Shown here piece by piece: positions 8,588 through 18,202 of a stretch of DNA of 30,047 bases. The notes under the pieces are model-generated. The model did no database searches. It had not been told where the DNA came from and was given only the letters and a program-made list of their open reading frames with translations. Origin of the DNA: Candidatus Aenigmatarchaeota archaeon (lineage in GTDB: Archaea > Aenigmatarchaeota > Aenigmatarchaeia > Aenigmatarchaeales > JACQIB01). The DNA lies in contig JBHIDR010000006.1 of the NCBI GenBank assembly GCA_046760225.1, positions 1 to 30,047 on the forward strand. The letters are read 5' to 3'. The translations under genes were made by a program, and so were the position numbers. Within the stretch, counting starts at the first letter, position 1. Each line of letters opens with the position of its first letter.

Positions 8588-8746
8588 AATAAAGTCTTTG
8601 TAAAGAAAGCTATTTAAGCATTATTGCGGTTCAATATCTATTCGACAAAAAGTAATTACACAGGGAAACGAGTAAAATTTTCACATGTTCGACAAAACGT
8701 TGAAATTTATAGAAAAGCTTTTTATTCATGAATAGTATCAAAAGTT

Positions 8747-10195
8747 ATGATAAACCTCGTGATTTTTGATTTGGGGGAAACCTTGGTCAGCCTGGACTCA
8801 TGCGAAAGGAATGCCATCCAGAGCGTTGCCAGAAGGCTCAGATCCATGGGCTACAGCACTGATTTTGAACAAATTAGGAACTCCAAATCAAAGAACAAAA
8901 ACAAAATCAAAAGACTGAAAGAAAGGCATGTTGAGAGATGGTTGCTTTTTGATGTGATATTAAGGGACATGGGACTGAAACTCAAAAACAGCGAAACAAG
9001 GGAAATTTCCAACCTTTACGATGAGAGCTATATTAAATCAAGCAAACTGAAGCCCTACGCGGTTTATGCCCTTAAAAGGGCAAGAAAGGAAGGGAAAAAG
9101 GTGGCACTGCTTTCTGACGGCTGGAACAAGGTATCGCGCGGGATACTGGAGCATCACGGCCTGAAAAATTATTTTGATTTTATTTTCACTTCCGAGGATT
9201 TGGAAAAAACAAAGCTCAATGGGGCATTCGGGGATTTTTGTGACCTGACAGGCTTTCTGCCGAAGGAATGCTTAGTCATAGGCAATGACGAGGAAAAGGA
9301 CGGAATTTCCACTAAATTAGGGATGTATTTCTGCTGTTTTGGTGGTCGGGGAGAATTTTCCATAAACAGCCTGAAAGAAGTTGACGGGATTTTCAAATTT
9401 TTCAGGAAAGACATAACCAAGAAGTGTTTCTTCTGTGATTCGGTTGTCTTGAATTCCATGTTCTGCAAAAAATGCAGCCCAGATGCGGAAAAAATAATAA
9501 GGGAAAGCGACAGAAAGGGGGGTTTGCTCACGGATTTGGATGATTATCTAGGGAGGGACACCATTGAAGAAGTGTTGAATGGACCTCTCCTGCTAAGAGA
9601 AGAATGGTTCAAAGCCAATCCAAGGAAAGAAAGGGAAGTCATTAATTTTTACAGAAAATCGGAAGCACAGATATTTGACTTGACGCTCTTTCACAGCGCC
9701 CCCCACGTAATGAAGCAGGACAAAGAAATCAAAACGATAATAAAGGATAAGGGAGGGAAGTTCATTGATTTCGGGGCAGGCATAGGGCACCTTACTGTGT
9801 CAGTTTCCCTGTTGGGATTAAGAACATTCCATTCTGACCTGAAAGGAAAGACCATGGATTATGCCTTATGGAGGTCAAAAAGGCACGGTACCAAAATAAA
9901 TTTTGTTGATGTTAAGTTCAATACGAAGTTCGATTCTATTGTTTGCACTGATGTGCTCGAGCATCATACAAACCCAATAGGGCTGTTAAGGTTCCTGGAA
10001 AAAAGATTGAACAAGAAAGGCTTGCTTATCGTCAACGGCAAATTTCAGGGAGAGAAGGGAATAGACTATTTGCGCCCAATGCATCTGTTGTCCAATTACG
10101 GCATGACAGTCCCTTTGATAGTGAAAGAAGTATCCAAAAATTTAAAGATTGTATCCACATTAAATGATGGACTCTATGTCTTACAAAAACGTTGA
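8747..10195 (+). CDS. HAD-like hydrolase fused to a CxxC-CxxC linker and a class I SAM methyltransferase
   Basis: FDLGETL, LLSD and IGND HAD motifs; CFFC...CKKC; IDFGAGIGH and CTDVLEH methyltransferase motifs. Confidence 0.8.
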   Translation: MINLVIFDLGETLVSLDSCERNAIQSVARRLRSMGYSTDFEQIRNSKSKNKNKIKRLKERHVERWLLFDVILRDMGLKLKNSETREISNLYDESYIKSSKLKPYAVYALKRARKEGKKVALLSDGWNKVSRGILEHHGLKNYFDFIFTSEDLEKTKLNGAFGDFCDLTGFLPKECLVIGNDEEKDGISTKLGMYFCCFGGRGEFSINSLKEVDGIFKFFRKDITKKCFFCDSVVLNSMFCKKCSPDAEKIIRESDRKGGLLTDLDDYLGRDTIEEVLNGPLLLREEWFKANPRKEREVINFYRKSEAQIFDLTLFHSAPHVMKQDKEIKTIIKDKGGKFIDFGAGIGHLTVSVSLLGLRTFHSDLKGKTMDYALWRSKRHGTKINFVDVKFNTKFDSIVCTDVLEHHTNPIGLLRFLEKRLNKKGLLIVNGKFQGEKGIDYLRPMHLLSNYGMTVPLIVKEVSKNLKIVSTLNDGLYVLQKR

Positions 10196-11141
10196 TATGG
10201 TATTCGTGTGCAGGGGCAGACCGGGGCTAGGTCATATAACCCCCTCGGTTGCAATTGCCCAGCATCTCAGCAGCACGATTGATTACTGTTTCATTACATA
10301 TGATACAGGGCCTGTCATCCTAAAGGAAAGGGGAATGCCATTCATCAGAATAGAAGGTCCGCCCCTCGGACAGAGATTAAGTCCTTTTTTTGATTTCATG
10401 GAATGCAAAAAAAATATCTGGCCATTCATCAAGAAATTGAACCCAACCGTGGTTGTCACGGACGGGGAATATTATCTACCCCATATTTGCAGGGAGAACA
10501 AAGTAAAAAATACAATAATTACAACAAGGCATTACCTGGAAGGGAACATAGGCCAGTATAAAAAATATTTTGATGTCATCAAAATATTGTTCAGGGCTGC
10601 GGACAGAATATTTTATCATGGATTAAAGGAGTCTGACGAAACAAGGATCAGTGCTGAATTTGCCGGACAGTTTGTGGGCAAATTTCAAAAGGTGAAGGAA
10701 GAGGATGTAATTACAGTTTCAACAGGTGGAGGCAACCTTGATCATATGAAGAAGAATGATGATGCAGTATTTGAAAAAATTCTTGAAATAAAGGGATTCA
10801 AATTCAACCTGTTTACTGGGGCTACTGGCAGGTTCAGCAGAAACATAATAGAAGAATTCTGCAGGGGCAGGGCAGTCATTGCAAGGGCAGGACTCGTGAC
10901 ACTTGAGGAATTGCTGTACTTGGGAAAACCCTCTGTTTTGCTTGTGCCAAAAGATGATGAAGAAAAGTTTTCCAATGCCTGCTTGGCTGAAAAAATAGGG
11001 CTTGGAATTAAAATCATGGAAGACGAATATGAAGAAGGAAATTTCAAGGACATACTCAAGAAGGTAATGGAAAAGAGGCCTATTGCTTCCAAATCAAATG
11101 GTGCGGCACATGTTGCAAAAATCCTTGAGGATATTATATGA
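10164..11141 (+). CDS. GT-B glycosyltransferase (GT28/MurG-like)
   Basis: GLGHIT, VVTDGE, STGGG, IARAGLVTLEE..LGKPSVLLV, NA motifs; start may be 10176. Confidence 0.82.
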   Translation: MMDSMSYKNVDMVFVCRGRPGLGHITPSVAIAQHLSSTIDYCFITYDTGPVILKERGMPFIRIEGPPLGQRLSPFFDFMECKKNIWPFIKKLNPTVVVTDGEYYLPHICRENKVKNTIITTRHYLEGNIGQYKKYFDVIKILFRAADRIFYHGLKESDETRISAEFAGQFVGKFQKVKEEDVITVSTGGGNLDHMKKNDDAVFEKILEIKGFKFNLFTGATGRFSRNIIEEFCRGRAVIARAGLVTLEELLYLGKPSVLLVPKDDEEKFSNACLAEKIGLGIKIMEDEYEEGNFKDILKKVMEKRPIASKSNGAAHVAKILEDII

Positions 11142-11884
11142 AAATATGGGAGATTCGTTTTGAAGGCCTGACTGGGGAGGAAGAAAGATTTTTGGAGGAA
11201 TTTTATGAAAAACTTAATTTCCTAGAGGTGAAGGAAACCGGCAGGGAAATCAAAGTAAACATCGTGAGGGACGTTCATGAAGGAGAAAGGAAATTTTGTT
11301 ATGGTACTGAAAGCGATACAAAAATTCCAGGTTGGGAAAGAAAGGAGCTGAAAGACGGTGTGATCTTTAAAACCAAGACACCATTATTTGCAGAGGTACG
11401 GCCGTACAGCGTTACAGTGTACGGAAGACCTGACAAGAATCACCTAAGAATGTCTGTTATAGACATACTGCACAACCTTGCCTACAGTCATGTGTTTGTG
11501 CATGCTTCTTCAGTTTCCAACGGGAAGACAAGTACCTTAATTCTGGGGAGGTCAGGTTCAGGAAAAACCAGAACTATGCTGGAAATGTTAAAAAAGGGGT
11601 ACATCCTGCTTTCCGAGGATTTTTCCGTTCTTGACAGGGAGATGAAAATAGCATATCCATTTAATACATATTCTGCAGTTTCATTGAACGATATAGAGAA
11701 ATTTGGTATGGAATATGACTTCATAACAACCTGTAACAAGGGTATGGTACACCTTGAAAAGTATTTCAAGACAGACAAGTTCCCAAGAGAAATAGGCGAT
11801 GTGGTGAGTTTGGATGGAACAAATTTAGAGGACTCGATAATAGAATACAGGAACTGGGCAGGGGAAATTTTTTATGAGGAATAG
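11138..11884 (+). CDS. HPr-kinase/PEPCK-like P-loop protein
   Basis: VHASSV...LILGRSGSGKT...LLSED pattern. Confidence 0.72.
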   Translation: MKIWEIRFEGLTGEEERFLEEFYEKLNFLEVKETGREIKVNIVRDVHEGERKFCYGTESDTKIPGWERKELKDGVIFKTKTPLFAEVRPYSVTVYGRPDKNHLRMSVIDILHNLAYSHVFVHASSVSNGKTSTLILGRSGSGKTRTMLEMLKKGYILLSEDFSVLDREMKIAYPFNTYSAVSLNDIEKFGMEYDFITTCNKGMVHLEKYFKTDKFPREIGDVVSLDGTNLEDSIIEYRNWAGEIFYEE

Positions 11885-11937
11885 ATTTAAATACTTTCCT
11901 AATTATAGGATTAATTGGTGCAGCTTCTGAGAAGTGG

Positions 11938-13758
11938 ATGGAAATGGTTAGAAAAGAAATACCAAAAAAGATAGTCCCAGACACGTCTGTTCTAGTCAGC
12001 GGTAGGCTCAGCAGGCTCATAGAGGACGAGAAGATAAAGGGAGCAGAAATAATCATACCAAAGATAGTTATAGAGGAGCTGCAGGCCCAGGCATCGAGGG
12101 GCAGAGAGACAGGTTTTGAGGGGCTGGAGGAAATAAAGAAGATCAAGGAGATGTCAAAAAAGTGGAAAATAAAAATTACTTTCTTCGGCGAGAGGCCGAG
12201 CTTTGATGACATTGCGCTTGCAAAGAGCGGAAGGCTGGATGCGCTCATACAGGATGTTGCAAAGAGCCAGAAGGCAGTTCTTGTTACTTCTGACCTGCCA
12301 CAGGCAATGGTTGCTGAGGCAGAAGGAATAAAGGTAAAGTATTATGAGGCCTATGAGAAGGCAGAGAGGATGAAAATAGAGGACTTTCTGGACAAGAAAA
12401 CAATGTCCGTGCACCTCAAGGAAGGCGCGCTGCCCTATGCAAAAAGGGGCAGGCCCGGCAAAATCAAGCTCATTATTATCGGCAAGGAGAAGCTGGGCAA
12501 GAAGGAGATGGAGGTAATGATAAGGGAGATAATGGAGGCTGCAAGGTATGAAGAAGGAGGATTTGTGGAATTTGACAGGAGAGGAGCATCTGTTATACAG
12601 CTGAAGAACATGAGAATAGCTATTACAAGGCCTCCTTTTTCTGATGCCCTGGAAATCACGGTTGTAAGGCCGATAGTAAAGCTCAGACTTGATGACTACA
12701 GGCTGTCTGCAAAGCTGAAGGAAAGGCTGGAGAAGAAGGCAGAGGGAATACTTCTTGCTGGCCCGCCGGGCTCTGGAAAAAGCACAATGGCTGCATCACT
12801 TGCAGAGTTCTACATGCAGAAGGGCAAGGTTGTGAAGACAATGGAATCGCCAAGGGACCTGCAGGTGCCAAAGGAAGTGACGCAGTACTCTCCCCTGGAA
12901 GGCAGCTTTGCCAAGACATCTGATATCCTGCTCCTGGTAAGGCCTGATTACACAATATTCGATGAGATAAGGAGGACAAGGGACTTCGGGATATTTGCTG
13001 ACATGAGGCTTGCAGGGGTAGGCATGATAGGTGTTGTGCATGCAAGTGATACAGTGGACGCGGTGCAGAGGTTCATAGGAAGGGTTGAACTGGGAATAAT
13101 ACCTCATGTTGTTGACACTGTGCTGTTCATCAAGGACGGGGCTGTTGAAAGGGTTTATAGTCTTAGCATGACTGTGAGGGTCCCTCAGGGAATGACAGAG
13201 GCTGACCTGGCGAGACCCATAGTTGAGGTAAGGGACTTTGAGACAGGGAAGCTGGAATATGAGATATATACATATGGCGAGCAGACAGTCGTGATACCTG
13301 CAAAGGAGGAGAAAGCAAGGGGAGTGGAAAAGCTGGCTGCCCAGAGGATAAAGGAAGAGATATACAGGTATGACAGGCATGCCCAGGTAAGTTTTGTCTC
13401 ACCTGAGAAAGCGGTTGTAAGGGTAAGGAACGAGGTCGTGCCAAAGATCATAGGAAAGGAAGGAACGATGGTGAAGGCGCTGGAAGAAAGATTAGGAATA
13501 TCAATAGACATAGAGCCCATGGTTGAGAGCCTGGGCAAGGAAATAAGGTTTAAGATGGGAGAGAAAGGAGCATCCCTGGTGCTCTCATTCAAGAAAAAGT
13601 TCGCAGGAGAAAGCGCGAACATTTATGTTGATGACGAATACCTGTTTTCTGCAACAATCGGAAGGAAAGGCATGGTAAAGGTAACAAGGGGCTCTGACCT
13701 GGGCAAGAAGATAATCAGGGCACTTTCTTCTGGAAGAAGAATAAGGGTCTTTATTTAA
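11938..13758 (+). CDS. PIN domain + ATPase + KH protein (PINA / MJ1533 family)
   Basis: VPDTS PIN motif, GPPGSGKST Walker [35 protein letters not shown]. Confidence 0.92.
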   Translation: MEMVRKEIPKKIVPDTSVLVSGRLSRLIEDEKIKGAEIIIPKIVIEELQAQASRGRETGFEGLEEIKKIKEMSKKWKIKITFFGERPSFDDIALAKSGRLDALIQDVAKSQKAVLVTSDLPQAMVAEAEGIKVKYYEAYEKAERMKIEDFLDKKTMSVHLKEGALPYAKRGRPGKIKLIIIGKEKLGKKEMEVMIREIMEAARYEEGGFVEFDRRGASVIQLKNMRIAITRPPFSDALEITVVRPIVKLRLDDYRLSAKLKERLEKKAEGILLAGPPGSGKSTMAASLAEFYMQKGKVVKTMESPRDLQVPKEVTQYSPLEGSFAKTSDILLLVRPDYTIFDEIRRTRDFGIFADMRLAGVGMIGVVHASDTVDAVQRFIGRVELGIIPHVVDTVLFIKDGAVERVYSLSMTVRVPQGMTEADLARPIVEVRDFETGKLEYEIYTYGEQTVVIPAKEEKARGVEKLAAQRIKEEIYRYDRHAQVSFVSPEKAVVRVRNEVVPKIIGKEGTMVKALEERLGISIDIEPMVESLGKEIRFKMGEKGASLVLSFKKKFAGESANIYVDDEYLFSATIGRKGMVKVTRGSDLGKKIIRALSSGRRIRVFI

Positions 13759-13784
13759 AAACTTCTGTGCGAAGATTTAATTAT

Positions 13785-13956
13785 GCTCCAGTAGCTCAGC
13801 TTGGATTGCTGTTTAGGCCCAAAAAGAGCACCTGAAGGCATGTGCCTGGTGAACCTCCTATCCTAGCCGGAAGAAAGCAGGGGGTCGAGGGTTCGAAGGA
13901 CCTTTTTGGAAAAAAGCTCCACCAAAAACGGTCTGAAACTCCCTCCTGGAGCACCA
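13785..13956 (+). tRNA. tRNA-Arg(CCT) with four introns: 13807-13824, 13835-13853, 13861-13875, 13898-13939
   Basis: Removing the four BHB-like segments gives a 78-nt cloverleaf with A20 and CCA: GCTCCAGTAGCTCAGCTTGGATAGAGCACCTGCCTCCTAAGCAGGGGGTCGAGGGTTCGAATCCCTCCTGGAGCACCA. TATA-like TTATTTAAAA at 13751-13760. Confidence 0.88.
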
Positions 13957-13984
13957 TTTTATATCAGGAAAACAAGTGATTGAT

Positions 13985-14482
13985 ATGGCAAAAAGGAAGA
14001 AGAAATGGGTAAGGGGCTATCACCTTTTCCTTATAGGCATTCTGGTATTGCTGGTGCTTGTGTATGCTTCGTTATCTGTGAAACCGCTTTTTGATACTTC
14101 ACAGTATGTTGAGGCGGATGTCCTTGATATCGTGGACAGCACAATAATACTGGGCCATGGGTGCACTGCAATAATTGCTGAGACATCACCTGAAAGGGCA
14201 TATTCAATAGCACTCGGGCTTGAAGGAAGGATAGACATGAGGCCGAACACGCATGACATATTTGCGCAGACACTCAAGACCTTCAACATCTCACTGGATT
14301 CTGTCACATTAGATGCCTTTAATGGGGACTTCTATACAGCAAGCATGATAATGTGGACTCCTGAAAAGATGCTGAAGCTGGATTCAAAGCCCTCTGATGC
14401 AATTGCTGTTGCATTGAGAACATTGACACCGATTTACATAAACAAGACGCTTCTATCAGAAAGAGGAGAGGATATCTGCTAA
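13985..14482 (+). CDS. Bifunctional nuclease (BFN/DUF151) family protein with N-terminal membrane anchor
   Basis: AYSIALGLEG..RPNTHD...FYTA...LDSKPSDAIAVALR; hydrophobic N-terminal helix; alternative GTG start 13976. Confidence 0.8.
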   Translation: MAKRKKKWVRGYHLFLIGILVLLVLVYASLSVKPLFDTSQYVEADVLDIVDSTIILGHGCTAIIAETSPERAYSIALGLEGRIDMRPNTHDIFAQTLKTFNISLDSVTLDAFNGDFYTASMIMWTPEKMLKLDSKPSDAIAVALRTLTPIYINKTLLSERGEDIC

Positions 14483-14510
14483 TTTAAAATATAGACAGTA
14501 AACTATTCTT

Positions 14511-17500
14511 ATGGCTCACAGGGTTGTTATTGTACTATTGGTTGGAGTAGTAATACTGTCACTCTTCTTTAACCAGGGGTATGCAGAGGAAAAATGGAGG
14601 GAAAAGCTTGACAAGAACCTGCTATCCATGGTAGAAAAACAACCCATGGTTATGCAGGCTTCTTCAGAGGAGAAGATAAAGGTCATGGTTTGGACAGAGG
14701 ACAAGGACCTTGAGAGTTATGGGGATGTGAACAAGAAGTTCAAGGTAATACCTGCTGTTGCAATGGACGTAAGTGCTTCCCAGCTTAAAGGGTTGGCTGA
14801 GAACCAAAAAGTAAGCAAGATAACAATAGACCATCCTGTGACTGCGTTCAGGGTAAACAGCACGCCCATGATAAGGGCAGATACAGCTGCAAGCACATAC
14901 GGGGTCAATGGAACAGGAATAAAGATTGCTGTTATAGATACTGGTGTATTTAACCATACTGAGTTCGGCACAAGGATAATAGATGAGAAGTGCTTCTGTT
15001 ATGAGTCAGGGCCAGCAGGATGCTGCCCGAACAATGATGATACTGACAGCAATGCAACAGATGACAATGGTCATGGAACACATGTTGCTGGAATTGCAGC
15101 TGGAGAGGGAGGCTCTTATGGCCAGGGTGTTGCAACAAATGCATCCATAATAGCAATAAAGGTTCTGGATTCAAGCGGTCTTGGATATACAAGCGACATT
15201 GTTTCTGGAATTGAATGGGCAATTGACAATGGTGCTGACATAATATCAATGAGCCTTGGTACCAAATACAACCAGTTCAGCGAATGCTATGAGGTTGCGA
15301 GCTCGAATGCAACTGACAATGCAACAGCTCAAGGGATTGTTATAGTAGTTGCTGCAGGTAATGAGGGCGCTGGAAGCAATACAATAAGTGCTCCTGCATG
15401 CGCAAAAACAGCAATAACAGTCGGTTCAGTAAGCAAGAGCGATTCAATAACATCCTATAGCTCAAGGGGGGCTACAAATGACAACAGGACAAAGCCTGAC
15501 CTTACTGCACCTGGAGGCGTAAATGTTGTTGGGTGCACGTCAGGGAATTCTGAAATAATCTCAACATCCCTGAACAACAATTATGCATGCTCATATGGCA
15601 CATCGCAGGCAACACCGCATGTTTCTGGTGCAGCAGCACTGCTGATGGAAAAGTATAATTCGCTTTATGGAAATATGCCGGATCCAGGGCTTGTAAAGGC
15701 AGTTTTGATAACAGCCGTGAATACAACAGGTATGGGAGGGGGGCAGAGGAACAACAATTATGGCTCAGGCAGGATAGATGTCATGGAAATGTTAAGGATA
15801 ATGAATTATACTTACAATGATACTGTTTCCAGTTCAGGTGAGAATGTGCATGGCTTCAATGTCACCAACACAAGCTTCAAGGTAAGCCTTGTGTGGATGG
15901 AGAACATGACTTACCACAACAATCTTGACATGGTTGTCCAGGCACCGAACGGGACAAACTATTCCAATCCAAGTGATGTGAATGATACAGTTGAACAGCT
16001 GTTTGCAGGTAATGATACAGGAATATGGAAGGTTTATGTGAAGGGAACTTCTGTGACAGGCTCCCAGGAATATTATCTTGGAGCAGATGCGGAGAAGTAC
16101 GATGTTAATTCAGCCATTGCTCTTCTGCAAGGTACGAACGTGAGCCTAGTGCATTATGGTGATGTATGGAAGGCATATGTGAAATGGGACGAGACAATAA
16201 TCTTTTCATATGCAGAACACAACCAGGCTGGGACATTCCTGAACTATACAGCTGCTGTAGCTTCTAACTGGACAAATTATACTAATGTAACTCCAACAGG
16301 TGAGCAGCTCGGTCCTGTTAATGTTTCTTTCTATGCCAATGATTCGAATGACAACTGGGCAAAATCAGACGCAGTTACCCTTTACCTCTATGGCTGGGCT
16401 GAAGTAAATGAGAGCAATAACCCATTGTCTGTTGACGAGGACACAGCAGCAAAATTAAATTGCAGGGTGAGGGACTCAAACACAACCGCCCCAATAGGGA
16501 ATTATACTGTTCATTTCTGGGACAATACCACGTATCTTGGCAATAATTCTACAAACAGTACGGGATGGTCTGAGTTCAGCCAGGTTTTCAATACGCCTGG
16601 TGGCTATGAAATAAAATGTAATATAACTGACAATGCTTCACTTTACTATAATGCAAGTTTGAGTTCTAATACAACAACATTGACTGTAAATGATGTGACA
16701 TCACCACAATATGAAAACGAAACCCATGACGTGAACATTACATATGGCCAGGACTTTGAAGCATCAATAAACTGGACAGACAATGTTGCGCTTTCTGGTG
16801 TTTTCTTTGAGAGCAATTATTCTGGAACAATGGAGAACTACAGTGCTTCAGGAAGCTATGACTTTGTGATAGGCTGGGAAAACCATACAGTGGGGAAGCT
16901 CATCCTTTGGAGATGGGTTGCGAACGATACATCTGGGAATGACAACAGCACATCTTTGGAAAACTATATAGTGCAAATGGCAAATACAATTTCATACCTG
17001 TATTTGAATGGTACGCAGGGTAACACAACCTATTCAGCAAACCAGATAATGAACATAACAGCCAGCATAAATGTGCCAGGACTGAATATTTCCATAAATA
17101 CCAATTTCACAGGAAATGACCAATTGATAGCAAATGGAACAGGAAGTGCGGAAAACTTCACCAATACATCAAACCTCAATACTTCTACTGTCTATAACAT
17201 AACAGCATACTTTGATGGTGATGAGAACTATACAGGGAGTTCTGTAACATACTTCACAGGAGTATGTTCCTCCTGCCCATCGCCTTCTGGGTGGAGCGCT
17301 TGCTCTGGTGGAAGCAAGAGCAGGACAAGTTACCAGTGCGGTCTGTCAACAGGGTATGCATGTAGTGCTTATACAGAGAGCCAGTCATGCTCGACAGGAG
17401 GAACCACAGGCATCTCGTACACGCCCCCACCAAAGAACGTTAAGGTGTCGATTTCAGAAAGCACTGCAGAGATAAATATTTCTTCCATATCTGAAGGCGA

Positions 17501-18155
17501 GGCTGAAAATATTACATTAGAGGATGAGTTTGTTATAGACAGCGTCTCCATCAAGGTAAGCAATGATGTGAGCAAGGTAAAGATATTGATAGAAGAGAAG
17601 GAGGAAAACCCTGCAGATGAAGATGTTGGCGGAAAGGTCTATGCCTATTTCAGCATAGAAAAGGAGAACATAACCAATGATGACATAGAAAGCTCGTATA
17701 TAAATTTCACAGTGAACAGGTCATGGATCGAGGGCAACAGCATAAGGCCGGACAGCATTTCCCTTAACAAGTATAACAATGGCTGGACAAAGCTTACAAC
17801 AACAAAGACAGGTGAGGATGGCTATGCAATGTACTTCCAGGCAGAATCTGCTGGATTCTCGTTCTTTGCCATAAACGGCGAGGAATACAGTTGCCCTGCA
17901 TGCCCCGGAGAGAGGGAGACAAGGTGCATAGATGGTGAAAAGACAAGAACAATCTGGTGGTGTAACTCAACATCAGGCTGGGAATGTGCAAGCATAAACA
18001 CAACTTTGGCCTGTAGAGCTGAAGAGGTGGTGAGCCAGGTCATTGAGGAGGGTCCTGCCCTCTTATATGTGGCTGTTGCAGTGGTTTTGGTGGCCGCTAT
18101 CGGGGTATGGGCTATTTTAAGGGGTAAGAGGGTGTTTAAAAAACTTAAAAGATAG
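14511..18155 (+). CDS. Secreted, membrane-anchored S8 subtilase with PGF-pre-PGF-like domain
   Basis: Signal peptide; AVIDTG, HGTHVAGI and GTSQATPHVSG catalytic triad; many N-x-S/T sequons; AGFSFFAI; C-terminal TM helix plus basic tail. Confidence 0.92.
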   Translation: MAHRVVIVLLVGVVILSLFFNQGYAEEKWREKLDKNLLSMVEKQPMVMQASSEEKIKVMVWTEDKDLESYGDVNKKFKVIPAVAMDVSASQLKGLAENQKVSKITIDHPVTAFRVNSTPMIRADTAASTYGVNGTGIKIAVIDTGVFNHTEFGTRIIDEKCFCYESGPAGCCPNNDDTDSNATDDNGHGTHVAGIAAGEGGSYGQGVATNASIIAIKVLDSSGLGYTSDIVSGIEWAIDNGADIISMSLGTKYNQFSECYEVASSNATDNATAQGIVIVVAAGNEGAGSNTISAPACAKTAITVGSVSKSDSITSYSSRGATNDNRTKPDLTAPGGVNVVGCTSGNSEIISTSLNNNYACSYGTSQATPHVSGAAALLMEKYNSLYGNMPDPGLVKAVLITAVNTTGMGGGQRNNNYGSGRIDVMEMLRIMNYTYNDTVSSSGENVHGFNVTNTSFKVSLVWMENMTYHNNLDMVVQAPNGTNYSNPSDVNDTVEQLFAGNDTGIWKVYVKGTSVTGSQEYYLGADAEKYDVNSAIALLQGTNVSLVHYGDVWKAYVKWDETIIFSYAEHNQAGTFLNYTAAVASNWTNYTNVTPTGEQLGPVNVSFYANDSNDNWAKSDAVTLYLYGWAEVNESNNPLSVDEDTAAKLNCRVRDSNTTAPIGNYTVHFWDNTTYLGNNSTNSTGWSEFSQVFNTPGGYEIKCNITDNASLYYNASLSSNTTTLTVNDVTSPQYENETHDVNITYGQDFEASINWTDNVALSGVFFESNYSGTMENYSASGSYDFVIGWENHTVGKLILWRWVANDTSGNDNSTSLENYIVQMANTISYLYLNGTQGNTTYSANQIMNITASINVPGLNISINTNFTGNDQLIANGTGSAENFTNTSNLNTSTVYNITAYFDGDENYTGSSVTYFTGVCSSCPSPSGWSACSGGSKSRTSYQCGLSTGYACSAYTESQSCSTGGTTGISYTPPPKNVKVSISESTAEINISSISEGEAENITLEDEFVIDSVSIKVSNDVSKVKILIEEKEENPADEDVGGKVYAYFSIEKENITNDDIESSYINFTVNRSWIEGNSIRPDSISLNKYNNGWTKLTTTKTGEDGYAMYFQAESAGFSFFAINGEEYSCPACPGERETRCIDGEKTRTIWWCNSTSGWECASINTTLACRAEEVVSQVIEEGPALLYVAVAVVLVAAIGVWAILRGKRVFKKLKR

Positions 18156-18202
18156 ATATATAAACAAAAATAACATAGAAAAAGTAGTAAGGAGGTAGTG
18201 TA

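Noticed and set aside
8417..8746. RiPP precursor candidates upstream of the HAD/GT/kinase block (MKKLDGTYP, MELERVKF..., MFDKTLKF...)
   Set aside because: Very short, no leader or core motif, and no cyclase, peptidase or RRE gene nearby
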